From the IMG/VR virus record IMGVR_UViG_3300032270_001162, positions 1-34,027 of that record: 34,027 nucleotides of DNA; one strand, written 5' to 3'. The stretch is from a virus. Taxonomy: Duplodnaviria > Caudoviricetes. Both the position numbers and the translations under genes were made by a program. How positions within the stretch are numbered: the stretch's first letter is position 1; each line of letters begins with the position of its first letter. Of the stretch, positions 21,801 to 31,089 are shown one piece after another. Below the pieces are notes generated by a model. It saw nothing but the letters and a program-made list of their open reading frames with translations. It had not been told where the DNA came from and did not search any database.

Positions 21801-24800
21801 ACCAACTGGAGTGTATTGTATAGAAACTGAGATATCTGGATAATTAAAGTACTGATAACCAGAACCTGTAGAAGAAAATTTGGTATAATTTTGTTTATTA
21901 TAGTTTGAAGGATTTGTACCCCCAATACCAGCATCACATAGTCTAAAAGAATTATCATCATTTTTTAAAACATAATATTGTGATAATGTAGAAATTCCTA
22001 TTGTAGATGATTCATAATTATAAGTTACCAACTCTCCACTATTAAAACCATGATTTTTAAAATTAATAGTATAATTAGATGTAGATATTCCTGTTGGTTT
22101 GACAATTAATTTTCTATTAGTATAACCACTACCACCATTAATAATTTTAATTTCTGATATTGTATTTTTATATGAAGTAGTTCTAAATTTATGAATTCCC
22201 GAATTATTATACGTACTAAATCCTATAGCATTAATTCTGGCCGAATAATCTGAAATCGTTTGATATAATTGAACTGTTTTATTATTATCAATTTTTACAT
22301 AATAAGTTGCATTATTAATTAGAGTTGAACTTGCAAAACCAACACCAATTGCAGAATTTCCATTGGAACTATAAGTTATTGATTCACCATTTACCAAATT
22401 GTGATCAGTTAAAAATGTAAGTTGTTTTGTGGTTGTGCTAATACCACCAGAATTTGTAGTTGCTCTACCATCAAAAAATATTTCTCTTACTCTTTTTGTA
22501 ACAACTGGTTCAATAATTGCACCAGAACCATTACCACCACTTACTCCAATTGATACGATAGAATTAATATCATAATCTTGAGCATCCACATAAACTTCTT
22601 TAATACTGCCACCAACTACTGGTTGTACTAAAGCAGTTATTCCGACTCCAGATGAAACTGTTAGTAATGGTGGATTAATAACGTCATAGTTGGTTCCACC
22701 ATTTAATACATCAATAGATTCCAATGGACCATAATAAATTTTATCATTTGATTTATAATTATTAATCTCCACACCATTAATTAACATTCCAGTTGTGCCT
22801 GGAATTGTTACTTGTCCAACTCCACTTGTAATATTTGTATTTAATGGAAATTTTTTAAGTACCTTTTGAGCACCAATTTGATTAGATCTTTGAGAGTAAA
22901 TTGTAAATGTATGAGTACCAGTTGAAGGTCCAAATGTCAAATAATTAGATCCACCAATAAATGATCTGGAAGAATACAATCTAATTTTTTTCTTATCTGC
23001 CGATTGAATATAAACATAATAACTACCAGTCTCTAACCCAACCAAAGGACTCAGTTCTGGTTGATAATAAATTCTATCACCATTAATAAAATTAACTGGA
23101 TCGCCAAATGTTATGGTTGAATAAGTACCGTCACCAATAGCATCTTCCAATATTCCAACTGTACCATTACTAATTGATGCAGTATTAATATTTTTTGTTA
23201 TTTGATATGTGTATGGAATTGATTTATTAGTTTGATCATTAGAAGGTAATGAATTTGAAGCAACATATACATAATTTTCGTCAGTATATAAATTTTGTAT
23301 ATCAGATAGTACAGTATTATTTCCAAATTCAATTGGAACTATAGAACTACTTGCTGTATTAATTTTTCTTCTTAGATCATATTTTGCTCCAGATATTGCA
23401 GTAAAACCACTATTATTATCTAAAGTAACTGAATTGTTAACTGAATTTTGTAATTTGCTAATATTCGAAATATATGGTACATCTTGATTAAGTGATACTA
23501 CATTGTTAGTATCTCTCTCCACAATCTCAATTCTATCACCAATCTTTAAACTTGACTTATCAATTGAACTGGTTAGTGTAAAATTCCCATTCTCAATCTT
23601 TTCTATTTGATATCTTGAACTAGTATTATATAACCAAGAATTTGCAAAAATTTCTTTATATGTTTTATTCTGTTCTGGATTTTTAATTAATTCTCCAAGA
23701 TTTTTAACTGAAATTGTATCACCTTCACTCACATTTAAATTGTCAGATACTTGTACAAATTTTGATAATACTCCAGTAAGTCTCAATTCAACTTTTTTAG
23801 TAGTATCTCCATCTTCATAACCAAAATAAATTTCGTCAGATCTTATATTATCTGTGGAGGAAATTTCTTCTTTAATTCCACTACATCCAAAAAATTGATT
23901 AATACTTTTACTTGTGTAAGTAATAATGTTGTTTCCAGATATAATTGTTCCTTTTTCTGGAAATGAAATAGTAGAATCAACAGAAATTATGGAAGATCCT
24001 ACCAAAACATTTTCTAAACATTTTGTATTTGGTGTAATTGTAAAATTTCCCTCAACTGCAGAAACATCGTCATATCCAACAAACAATGAAATTTTAAAGT
24101 ATTGCTTATTATTTCTGGTGAATGGTTCTATTTCAGATACTGATGCACTTGTAATATTATCAACAGTACCATTAATATATTTTTTAATAGTCTGCCCCAC
24201 TAACTTAGCAGGATCTCCAGATATTGTTTCTGCTATTACAACTTCTCTCCTAATAAACCTTGCAGAGGATGGTTTAATTAAAAAATCTTCTAAGTTTACA
24301 ACCTTAGGAGTTACTCCATACAGAATGTTAAATAAAATTCGAAATGATTCATCCGTTCCTTTTGCCTGATAGAAAGATCTGGCATTTTTTATAAAATTGC
24401 CGATATTTAAATCTGAAACAAAATCAGCATTCTCTAACCCTGGAGTTAATGTTATTTTTAACTTTTTATAAAATTCTTTCAAAAATAAAGAACTGAGATT
24501 TTGTACAGAAGATCCTGAAGTATGTGATTCACGTTTAGACTCAGAAAATACCAATTCTTCTGAATTTAAATCTGCATGATAACTTGTGATACCACTAAAT
24601 CCACGAACACAACCAGTAAATGTATTTGTGGTTATTCCAGTATATGTGATAATTTCATCATCAATTTTTAAAAGTCCATATTTTTGAGGAAATCCTTTAG
24701 TACTTGTTACTGTAATGACTCCAACATTATCAGTAATGTTTGTACTGAGGATAACATTGTCTGCAATAATTTCTGGAGTAAGGTTATCTAGTTTTAAATA

Positions 24801-24971
24801 TTGATCTAAATTTTCTACAATATCTACAGGACCACCCTGGTATTCTTGGGAAATATAATATTGCTTTAAAAATTCAACAGCATTCGGACTTTCATCCAGT
24901 ATAAATTCTGGAAGTTGATTCTGAACTATTTGCTGTACTTTAACTCTAGATTCAAATCCAGTCCCTACCAT
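12857..24971 (-). CDS. gp7: Baseplate wedge initiator gp7-like giant structural protein (~4,037 aa), split by a single-base frameshift at 15273-15277
   Basis: Lies between gp6 and gp8. The N-terminus has QLPEFI...FLKQYYISQE and FYQAKGTDESFRILF, followed by a YHYH-like segment (GWAYDGNPIYG, GDLDENNGR). Track ORFs 15252..24971 and 12857..15337 join in frame if one A is removed from GAAAAAT. Confidence 0.8.
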
Positions 24972-24972
24972 C

Positions 24973-26916
24973 TTATGCTCTTATTAAATTACTGTTTGGA
25001 TAACTTGACGTATAAAAATCTCTAGACAATACTGTTCCAGATATCTCATCGCCAGAAGCAACTACGTCTCTCACCATATTTATTGAACTTTTTTCGATAT
25101 TAAAAACTAAATATAAATCTTTCAATCCAATAACATCATTTGATTCTGGGAATGCCTGAATTTCGATAGTATCATTTGGTAAAGATGTTGAAATGATATT
25201 AATTGTTCCCAATTTAATTTCACCTCTTATATAATCTACAGTACCTGCAGACTGGACAAGAATTTGCGTTTTCATCAAATAGGTAGTACCAACACCAGAA
25301 ATCACAGGATATGGTTTCACGATTGAAATTATTCCATTTCCAGTTAGATTTCCTTTTGAATCTTTAGATGGAGTATCAGTTAGATATACTGTATCTGATT
25401 GATTTGGAATTTTAAATCCGGTAGACTTTATATTATATCCTTCAGGATTAATGTGAAATTTGTTACCAAAACACAATTCATATTGTACAAATTGATTTGA
25501 TATTACTTTAAGATCTCTTCTTATTCTGACCTTAGTGATATTTGATGTTATTGAGGTGTCAGTGTTATCAATAATTTGAAGAACCTTACTATACTTAAAT
25601 CTTCCACCAAATTTATTAAAATCTGATGAATCTGAATATTTTTCTAAGGAATTTGATACTTTAGTTTTTAAAGAATCTACAGAAGATACCTGAGATGTGT
25701 TATAATAAATTGAAGAATCAATCTCAACATATAATATCTTAAGATCAATTATTTTTTGATTAATTCCAGAAATACTATATTGTTTTAGTTTATTTTTGAT
25801 CAATTCCTTATTAAAATCGGATACATAAGTTCCATTTTTTGGTTTAATACTTATAACAACAGTTCCATATTCTGGGGGATCCAATTCCTCACCGCCAACA
25901 ATAGCAACAGATTCTGTATCTGAATATATTTTTTTAATAATTACTTCATAATCTCTTGCAGTTACTGCTCTATACTGTGCAGAATAAATTCTTGGTGCAA
26001 AATATTTGATTGAATTGATGTCCTCAATTTCCGCACCATTTTGAGAAGATTGATTTGTGGTAACAGATACTGTTCCCAAAGTTATTGGTTGATCTGAAGA
26101 TGATCTCAAATTTCCTTGAAAGGAAAAGTTGGAACATCCATTTCCTTCTTTTCCATTAGTTACAATATAATTAACTGTTATAACGGTATTATTTTCCAGT
26201 TTTTTACCAAATCTTCCATCACCAAATAGAAGTTCATACTTTTCATCTTGAACTTCTTGTATTAAATAAATTTTAGATTCTGAATCAATGTTCAAAATAT
26301 TTTCAACTAATGAATACTCCGAACCAAGTCCACTATCATCAATACCTTTAACATAAACTGAAATTGTTGAAGTATCAATATTTGGATTATCTAAAAGAAA
26401 TCTTTGATCCAAAGATCCGTCAACAACAAATTGTTTTGTTAAAAATGTTCCTTGATAAACTGTAATACTAGTAAAACCTACAGTACCTACAGTACCATTT
26501 TTTACTACTGGACGAGTAATATTTTCTGGTACTGAAAAAGTATATGATGTATTATCTGCGCTTCCAACACATACTAAACCCGCCTTTAAGGTGACTGTTG
26601 GTGTTGTTGAATCAGTTGAACCACTAAATGATACAACTGCCTTAGAGCAGTTTCTGGAGCGTGGTACATAACCAATATTTCTTGCAAGTGAGACTACATT
26701 TTCTCTTAATGTTGCAGAATCCAAAAAGGATTCATTCACAATCATATTTGAGTTGAATGCTGTAATATATGTGTTATATGCTAAAGTATCAATTAAGACA
26801 GAAAAATTAGACCCTTCAAAGTCAAAATCCGTGAATGTAGAGTTAGCACGGAGATAATCTTTGATAGATGTCTTTATTTGATCAAAATCTAGATTTGTAA
26901 ATTTAGTAAAAGGCAT
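24973..26916 (-). CDS. gp6: Baseplate wedge subunit gp6
   Basis: LDFDQIKTSIKDYL...DFDFEGSNFSVLIDTLAYNTY, ESFLDSATLRENVVSLARNIGYVPRS, FGDG and QYRAVTARDY. Confidence 0.95.
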   Translation of the reverse strand: MPFTKFTNLDFDQIKTSIKDYLRANSTFTDFDFEGSNFSVLIDTLAYNTYITAFNSNMIVNESFLDSATLRENVVSLARNIGYVPRSRNCSKAVVSFSGSTDSTTPTVTLKAGLVCVGSADNTSYTFSVPENITRPVVKNGTVGTVGFTSITVYQGTFLTKQFVVDGSLDQRFLLDNPNIDTSTISVYVKGIDDSGLGSEYSLVENILNIDSESKIYLIQEVQDEKYELLFGDGRFGKKLENNTVITVNYIVTNGKEGNGCSNFSFQGNLRSSSDQPITLGTVSVTTNQSSQNGAEIEDINSIKYFAPRIYSAQYRAVTARDYEVIIKKIYSDTESVAIVGGEELDPPEYGTVVISIKPKNGTYVSDFNKELIKNKLKQYSISGINQKIIDLKILYVEIDSSIYYNTSQVSSVDSLKTKVSNSLEKYSDSSDFNKFGGRFKYSKVLQIIDNTDTSITSNITKVRIRRDLKVISNQFVQYELCFGNKFHINPEGYNIKSTGFKIPNQSDTVYLTDTPSKDSKGNLTGNGIISIVKPYPVISGVGTTYLMKTQILVQSAGTVDYIRGEIKLGTINIISTSLPNDTIEIQAFPESNDVIGLKDLYLVFNIEKSSINMVRDVVASGDEISGTVLSRDFYTSSYPNSNLIRA

Positions 26917-26917
26917 T

Positions 26918-27319
26918 TTATCTGGTTGCCTCTAGTAAGAATGTAAATTGCTGTGTTGGTATTTCTTGTCCAATAATATCAAATATAATAGTAACTTCAA
27001 ATGAATTATTATCTGGTTGAGGATCTACACTTACTTGAACATTATCCACTCTTGGTTCATAATTTTCAATTGTAGTTTCAATCTGAGTTTGTATAACTGA
27101 TGCAGTACCATAATCACAAAATTCAAATAAACTACTGTATACATCAGATCCAAGTAAAGAATTAAAAAATCTTTCAGTTGGAATTGTTTCTACCAGATTT
27201 CGAATTGATCTGGAAATTGCACGTTCATTTTTAAGTATGGGTAGATCCTTTGTTACCGGATGAGGTTCAAAGGATAAACTAATATCTTTAAATGATCTAG
27301 ATATCCTTTGTACTGCCAT
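26918..27319 (-). CDS. gp25: Baseplate wedge subunit gp25
   Basis: FKDISLSFEPHPVTKD...AISRSIRNLV...ERFFNSLLGS...IENYEPRV; directly upstream of gp6. Confidence 0.93.
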   Translation of the reverse strand: MAVQRISRSFKDISLSFEPHPVTKDLPILKNERAISRSIRNLVETIPTERFFNSLLGSDVYSSLFEFCDYGTASVIQTQIETTIENYEPRVDNVQVSVDPQPDNNSFEVTIIFDIIGQEIPTQQFTFLLEATR

Positions 27320-27342
27320 TCGGGAATCAAATTTCTATACTT

Positions 27343-27350
27343 TATTTATG
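27343..27350 (-). promoter_or_regulatory. Late promoter variant CATAAATA
   Basis: One mismatch to TATAAATA, 23 nt upstream of the gp25 ATG at the head of the baseplate operon. Confidence 0.65.
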
Positions 27351-27528
27351 TTGATTTCCATAAAGAACCGTAAGTTGGTTCAGTTCCATAGTCCCAATCA
27401 TCATAGTCTTCATCATTACGAATTTTTTCGTGTAATTCAGTTTGTTTTTTAAGATTATGTTTTGGTGCATAATCGTGCATAACTTCTTGAATGACTCTTT
27501 TTTCAGAATCTTCGGATTTGAATAACAT
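27346..27528 (-). CDS. Small acidic hypothetical protein
   Basis: 60-aa ORF with AGGAG 5 nt before the ATG. Confidence 0.7.
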   Translation of the reverse strand: MLFKSEDSEKRVIQEVMHDYAPKHNLKKQTELHEKIRNDEDYDDWDYGTEPTYGSLWKST

Positions 27529-27531
27529 GTT

Positions 27532-27588
27532 AGCTCCTGTTTTTTGGTAAAAACAGAACTTTTTTTGGAAGGAGGTTGCTATCTCCCC
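27532..27588 (-). promoter_or_regulatory. Two-hairpin leader; the second hairpin sequesters the Shine-Dalgarno sequence
   Basis: Minus strand reads GGGGAG-ATAGCAAC-CTCCTT, then AGTTCTGTTTTT-ACCA-AAAAACAGGAGCT immediately before AAC-ATG. Confidence 0.55.
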
Positions 27589-27597
27589 TACTTCTAT

Positions 27598-27939
27598 TTA
27601 ACGATCTATTTCTTTGAGTCTAAAGTTATTTGAGTCAAAATATTTTAATAATTCTAGTGCAATTAATTTTGGATTTCCTTCCCCACAGGTATAAACATCA
27701 ATAGCGATTGCACCTTCTTCGGGCCATGTATGACAAGAAACATGACTTTCTGCAAGTGCAATCACAATTGTAACTCCTTGAGGTACAAAGCAATGATGAA
27801 AAATGTTGAGAATTGTCATTCCTGCGCGGTTGATTCCACGCTCCATGACTTCCTGAATGGCAATTCCATCATTTAATAAGTCATACTTTATATCGTATAC
27901 CTCTAATAGGAGGTGCTTACCCATCGAAAAGCGTTCCAA
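27598..27939 (-). CDS. speD: S-adenosylmethionine decarboxylase proenzyme family protein (pyruvoyl-dependent)
   Basis: GKHLLLE, F.PQGVT, LAESHVSCHTWPE (E/S autocleavage site) and DVYTCG. Confidence 0.93.
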   Translation of the reverse strand: MERFSMGKHLLLEVYDIKYDLLNDGIAIQEVMERGINRAGMTILNIFHHCFVPQGVTIVIALAESHVSCHTWPEEGAIAIDVYTCGEGNPKLIALELLKYFDSNNFRLKEIDR

Positions 27940-27963
27940 GGCATAAAACCTACACTAAAAATT

Positions 27964-27971
27964 TATTTATT
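27964..27971 (-). promoter_or_regulatory. Late promoter variant AATAAATA upstream of speD
   Basis: NATAAATA overlapping the upstream stop codon. The AT-rich context lowers specificity. Confidence 0.5.
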
Positions 27972-28566
27972 TCACATAAAAACCCTTACGATGATATTCG
28001 TTATCATCTATAAAGGTATAATTTTGAGTATTTTCTACTTTCTCATCATTCCACACTGGAATTGCTACAGTATTATTGTAACGAAAGTCTGGATTTTGGC
28101 GAAAGTGAACCTCGATTAACTTTCCATCAATAAATTCACAGTTAATCCATTCATAACTTCCTTTCAATTTTGATAAAACTGAAGGAAATTCAATTTTTTG
28201 ATTTATTTTTTCCCATTTTTTCCATTTATAAAGAGGATCTTCACTTTCTTTTTCTCCTCTAACTACTAATTCTGATTCCCCATTCCTAAAATCGACACTC
28301 AGATGTTCCCCATCAAAGACTTCACACCAAAATTCTGATGGATGAAATTGATCCGTCCACTTATAAACAAACTCAATTCGAGCAAAGCGTCCCATACCAA
28401 GTAAATTAAAAGAAGGACGAATAATATAAAAGTCGGACTTGGGAACCGGGGTCCCAACAGGACCACAGTTATAACCCAAAACCCGACTTAGAAATAGTTT
28501 ATTATAAATCCATAGATCGTCTTGATGAATATTATTCCATTCATCTTTACCATCTAAGAGATACAT
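27967..28566 (-). CDS. Hypothetical protein with an ATP-grasp-like pattern (199 aa; start revised to ATG 28566)
   Basis: YIIRPSFNLLGMG, FWCEVFDGEHLSVDF and NCEFIDGKLIEVHFR resemble ATP-grasp motifs. The track's upstream extension overlaps another gene. Confidence 0.6.
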   Translation of the reverse strand: MYLLDGKDEWNNIHQDDLWIYNKLFLSRVLGYNCGPVGTPVPKSDFYIIRPSFNLLGMGRFARIEFVYKWTDQFHPSEFWCEVFDGEHLSVDFRNGESELVVRGEKESEDPLYKWKKWEKINQKIEFPSVLSKLKGSYEWINCEFIDGKLIEVHFRQNPDFRYNNTVAIPVWNDEKVENTQNYTFIDDNEYHRKGFYVK

Positions 28567-28570
28567 TTTA

Positions 28571-28711
28571 TTACCCTTGACCTCTATATCTTTTCTTAGC
28601 CCCGTTACGAGAAGACGCTGAGTACTTGGTATGAGCACCAGTCCCTTGACGAGTCTTTTTGGGCTTTGATTCAATAACAACTTTACCAGACAGTGATGGA
28701 CGCTTAGCCAT
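28571..28711 (-). CDS. Small basic conserved phage protein (46 aa)
   Basis: Manual translation MAKRPSLSGKVVIESKPKKTRQGTGAHTKYSASSRNGAKKRYRGQG. The KKTRQG...KRYRGQG pattern is familiar from cyanomyoviruses; GAGG lies upstream. Confidence 0.8.
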   Translation of the reverse strand: MAKRPSLSGKVVIESKPKKTRQGTGAHTKYSASSRNGAKKRYRGQG

Positions 28712-28865
28712 TTTCAATTACCTCAGTTTCAATTTCATTTGGATTTGGAGAACCTGACTGATAGAAATCAATTGCCAGATCCTCCATAGTATTGAAGTAT
28801 TCTTCCTCTGTAAGATTTGTGTAAATTTTACGTCCCTTACAAAGGATATTATACTTAGTAGTCAT
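28704..28865 (-). CDS. Small conserved hypothetical protein (53 aa)
   Basis: Manual translation MTTKYNILCKGRKIYTNLTEEEYFNTMEDLAIDFYQSGSPNPNEIETEVIENG; TGATG coupling to the upstream gene. Confidence 0.75.
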   Translation of the reverse strand: MTTKYNILCKGRKIYTNLTEEEYFNTMEDLAIDFYQSGSPNPNEIETEVIENG

Positions 28866-29623
28866 CAGATCACGCGAGTCTTTTCGTGTCCAACGCGAAT
28901 ACGAGGATCACACCAAATCTCAAAACCTGCTTCTTTCGCGTCGAGACAGAATGAAACATCTTCTCCACACATATCCTGAACATCGCCAGAATCAAAGACT
29001 TGCATCTTTGGTGCAAACCAAGGATACTTCATCTCAGAATTCTCAAATACACCGTGCTTAATCAGTACCCATCCAAAACCAGTATAATCTACGGTGAATG
29101 GTTTACGACGCTTCGAGATGCTATCTACTGTTTCGTGATTCATGACTCCACCATTATTGCGGAAGTCATCTTCTTCGAGCCAATGTGCAACTGATGTAGT
29201 CACACCATCTTCGGTCGCATACCAACCTGCGGAGATATCTTTGTCCATGAGAACCAATTGCCAGAACTTCTCAGTATTGAAGACAATATCCGAGTCGATC
29301 CAAAGTTGCCAATCATAATTTAGTTTGCCATCCCAGGGAATCTGATCAGGTCCTCGCAGTACATTCGCCCCCAAACATTTGCATCTTGCAAAGTTTACCA
29401 TGGAGGAATAGTCCTGCGAGATTTGAATACTTGCCCCAGACTGTACTAGATCAAAACAGAGTTGTACAAAACTTTTCAGATAAGTATAAGAAACTCCACG
29501 TCCTGGGAGACAGAATACGACTGACTTACCCCTGACCATTTCCCTGGCGAGATTATAATCCCACTCTTCTACGCTATTTCCGGCAACTGGTGCCTTTGCT
29601 TTTACTGTAAATCCTTTTGCCAT
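28865..29623 (-). CDS. Glycosyltransferase-like protein, GT-A fold
   Basis: WIDSDIVF (DxD), GFGWVLIK, GEDVSFC and RVGH are GT-2-like motifs. Confidence 0.75.
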   Translation of the reverse strand: MAKGFTVKAKAPVAGNSVEEWDYNLAREMVRGKSVVFCLPGRGVSYTYLKSFVQLCFDLVQSGASIQISQDYSSMVNFARCKCLGANVLRGPDQIPWDGKLNYDWQLWIDSDIVFNTEKFWQLVLMDKDISAGWYATEDGVTTSVAHWLEEDDFRNNGGVMNHETVDSISKRRKPFTVDYTGFGWVLIKHGVFENSEMKYPWFAPKMQVFDSGDVQDMCGEDVSFCLDAKEAGFEIWCDPRIRVGHEKTRVI

Positions 29624-29645
29624 AATTTCAAGTGATTACTAAAGT

Positions 29646-29674
29646 ATCATACATCATTATATAGTGTTTGTCAA
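29646..29674 (-). promoter_or_regulatory. Sigma70-type promoter TTGACA-N17-TATGAT
   Basis: Consensus -35 box, 17-nt spacer and a 5/6 -10 box, upstream of the glycosyltransferase-like gene. Confidence 0.85.
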
Positions 29675-29844
29675 TCTTCACGTTCTGTGAGAATTACATC
29701 ATTTCCTTCGACTTTAAAACTAATCTCGGTATCTTCATACCATGAGAGTTCGTTTGCAATACTCTCTGGAATAATCACATAATAGTCTCCAGTAATTGGA
29801 TCGACCTGTACGGACTCAAAAATTTCCCCGGAATTTTTCTTCAT
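29671..29844 (-). CDS. AbrB/MazE-like small DNA-binding protein (57 aa)
   Basis: Manual translation MKKNSGEIFESVQVDPITGDYYVIIPESIANELSWYEDTEISFKVEGNDVILTERED. VIIP..IA..L.W.....I.F.V....VIL fits the swapped-hairpin pattern. Confidence 0.65.
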   Translation of the reverse strand: MKKNSGEIFESVQVDPITGDYYVIIPESIANELSWYEDTEISFKVEGNDVILTERED

Positions 29845-30030
29845 ATAAGGTATTGTACTTTACTTTTTTCAAAATTATATAGTATTTTGAGGTTTTGGAG
29901 AATCTTTGTGGGTTTTGGAGGATCTTTGTGGGGCGCGGAATTTTTTGTGGAGAGTGATATATAGAGGTCGATCTGGGTCGTTTATAGATTGGAAGGGACC
30001 CATGGGCTTAAGGCGCCGACCCCCCCGGAA

Positions 30031-30088
30031 CCATAAGGACTGCAAATACGAACGAATGGACCGATAAGGAGTGCTGATACGAACGAAT
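30031..30088. repeat. Imperfect direct repeat, 2 copies
   Basis: CCATAAGGACTGCAAATACGAACGAAT followed by CCGATAAGGAGTGCTGATACGAACGAAT. Confidence 0.7.
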
Positions 30089-30134
30089 AGGGGCGCTAAG
30101 TATAAACAACTGCGCCCCACTAACTAACACTAAC

Positions 30135-30464
30135 TCAACTAAAGTAAGTGCCTACGATTACAGTGCCATCGTAGCAATACTTTATCAGAACTCCCGAAAA
30201 ATAGGAGTCTGAAGCATACCCATTCCACCTCTTTTTGTCGAAAGGTGAATCATAATTAATCACCATAAAGTCTGCGACAGAATACCAAACACCCCGATAC
30301 TTGAAGAACTCAGTTTCATCGAACTCATCGGCAGTAAGGTAATCAAACTGTTGGCGCAGTTTACTATACAAACTGCTGGTGTCGTGATAACCGAAACCGG
30401 GCAACCATTGCCCCATAGTGCATTCTCTGGGAGCGTAATTAGACTTGATTGTGAGATTTTCCAT
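30135..30464 (-). CDS. Hypothetical early phage protein (109 aa)
   Basis: Aromatic-rich ORF (FFKYRGVWYSVADFM...WNGYASDSYFSGVLIKY) with a CA-rich leader. Confidence 0.8.
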   Translation of the reverse strand: MENLTIKSNYAPRECTMGQWLPGFGYHDTSSLYSKLRQQFDYLTADEFDETEFFKYRGVWYSVADFMVINYDSPFDKKRWNGYASDSYFSGVLIKYCYDGTVIVGTYFS

Positions 30465-30495
30465 GGTAGGATTGTGATGGGAAAGTGTAGAGAAT

Positions 30496-30516
30496 AGGGG
30501 ATGGATTGCATCCCCT
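30496..30516 (-). terminator. GC-rich intergenic hairpin (terminator or processing site)
   Basis: AGGGGATG-GATTG-CATCCCCT (plus-strand reading), 10 nt after a stop codon; same loop as the 32386 hairpin; weak U-tract. Confidence 0.5.
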
Positions 30517-30526
30517 TAAGTGTAGA

Positions 30527-30772
30527 TCAGTGGAAGGAATCGTAGGAGGTTTGAGGTGTTGGATCAAACCCATCGATTGCGACATTAACCGCAGCGGATG
30601 GTGACAATCCCTCTAGGTAGGATTCCAGCAGGGAATCTAATGCCCAACCGGCATCTGGGATTCCCAGTGCCCAGATCCCCATAGGGTGGTCCAGTTGGTA
30701 GGCATGGGCGGCATCCCACCAAGCACAGAAAGCGGGAGAGTCGAAGCAATTATCAGCGGTGAGAGCAGGCAT
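30527..30772 (-). CDS. Hypothetical acidic protein (81 aa; start revised to ATG 30772)
   Basis: MPALTADNCF... follows the CA-rich leader AAACACACCACTGAC and a TAGGAT -10 box. Confidence 0.7.
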   Translation of the reverse strand: MPALTADNCFDSPAFCAWWDAAHAYQLDHPMGIWALGIPDAGWALDSLLESYLEGLSPSAAVNVAIDGFDPTPQTSYDSFH

Positions 30773-30874
30773 GTCAGTGGTGTGTTTGACCCCCAAATCC
30801 TACATCACCGGGAACCCTGACGGAGGGTTCAAACCTTAAGAGAATCTGGAGAGTCTCAGTTACTATAAAGAACT

Positions 30875-30918
30875 AAAACAACACTGAATAATAACAATTA
30901 AACAACACTGAATAATAA
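30875..30918. repeat. 19-bp direct repeat x2
   Basis: AAACAACACTGAATAATAA at 30875 and 30900. Confidence 0.8.
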
Positions 30919-30937
30919 GAATAATAAACTCCAAAAC

Positions 30938-31080
30938 TATAAAGAATTAGACAGGACTGAATGTAAAGAATAAACCACACCACTGACAATAAGTTACATT
31001 CAATCCTGAGTAATTCTTTATAATCAAGAAAAAGTATAAAGAATTAAGAACTAGGTGTGATTCATTCTTAATTCTTTATA
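30938..31080. repeat. Two adjacent long inverted repeats that share TATAAAGAATTA arms
   Basis: Imperfect 29-bp arms at 30938-30966 and 30994-31022; perfect 16-bp arms at 31035-31050 and 31065-31080. Confidence 0.85.
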
Positions 31081-31089
31081 TCTTACACT

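Noticed and set aside
3943-24971. Intein, intron or diversity-generating retroelement in the giant structural genes
   Set aside because: I saw no splicing motifs, homing endonuclease, reverse transcriptase or template/variable repeat pair by eye. A self dot-plot would be needed to exclude subtle repeats.
27560-27590. preQ1-I riboswitch
   Set aside because: The stem-loop plus A-rich tail is superficially similar, but the loop does not fit the consensus as I recall it and no queuosine gene follows. Kept only as an unassigned structured leader.
1313-29194. Plus-strand ORFs in the track (e.g. 13284..13691, 15697..16140, 18403..18810, 23926..24369)
   Set aside because: All are antisense shadows of recognisable minus-strand genes and show no family motifs.
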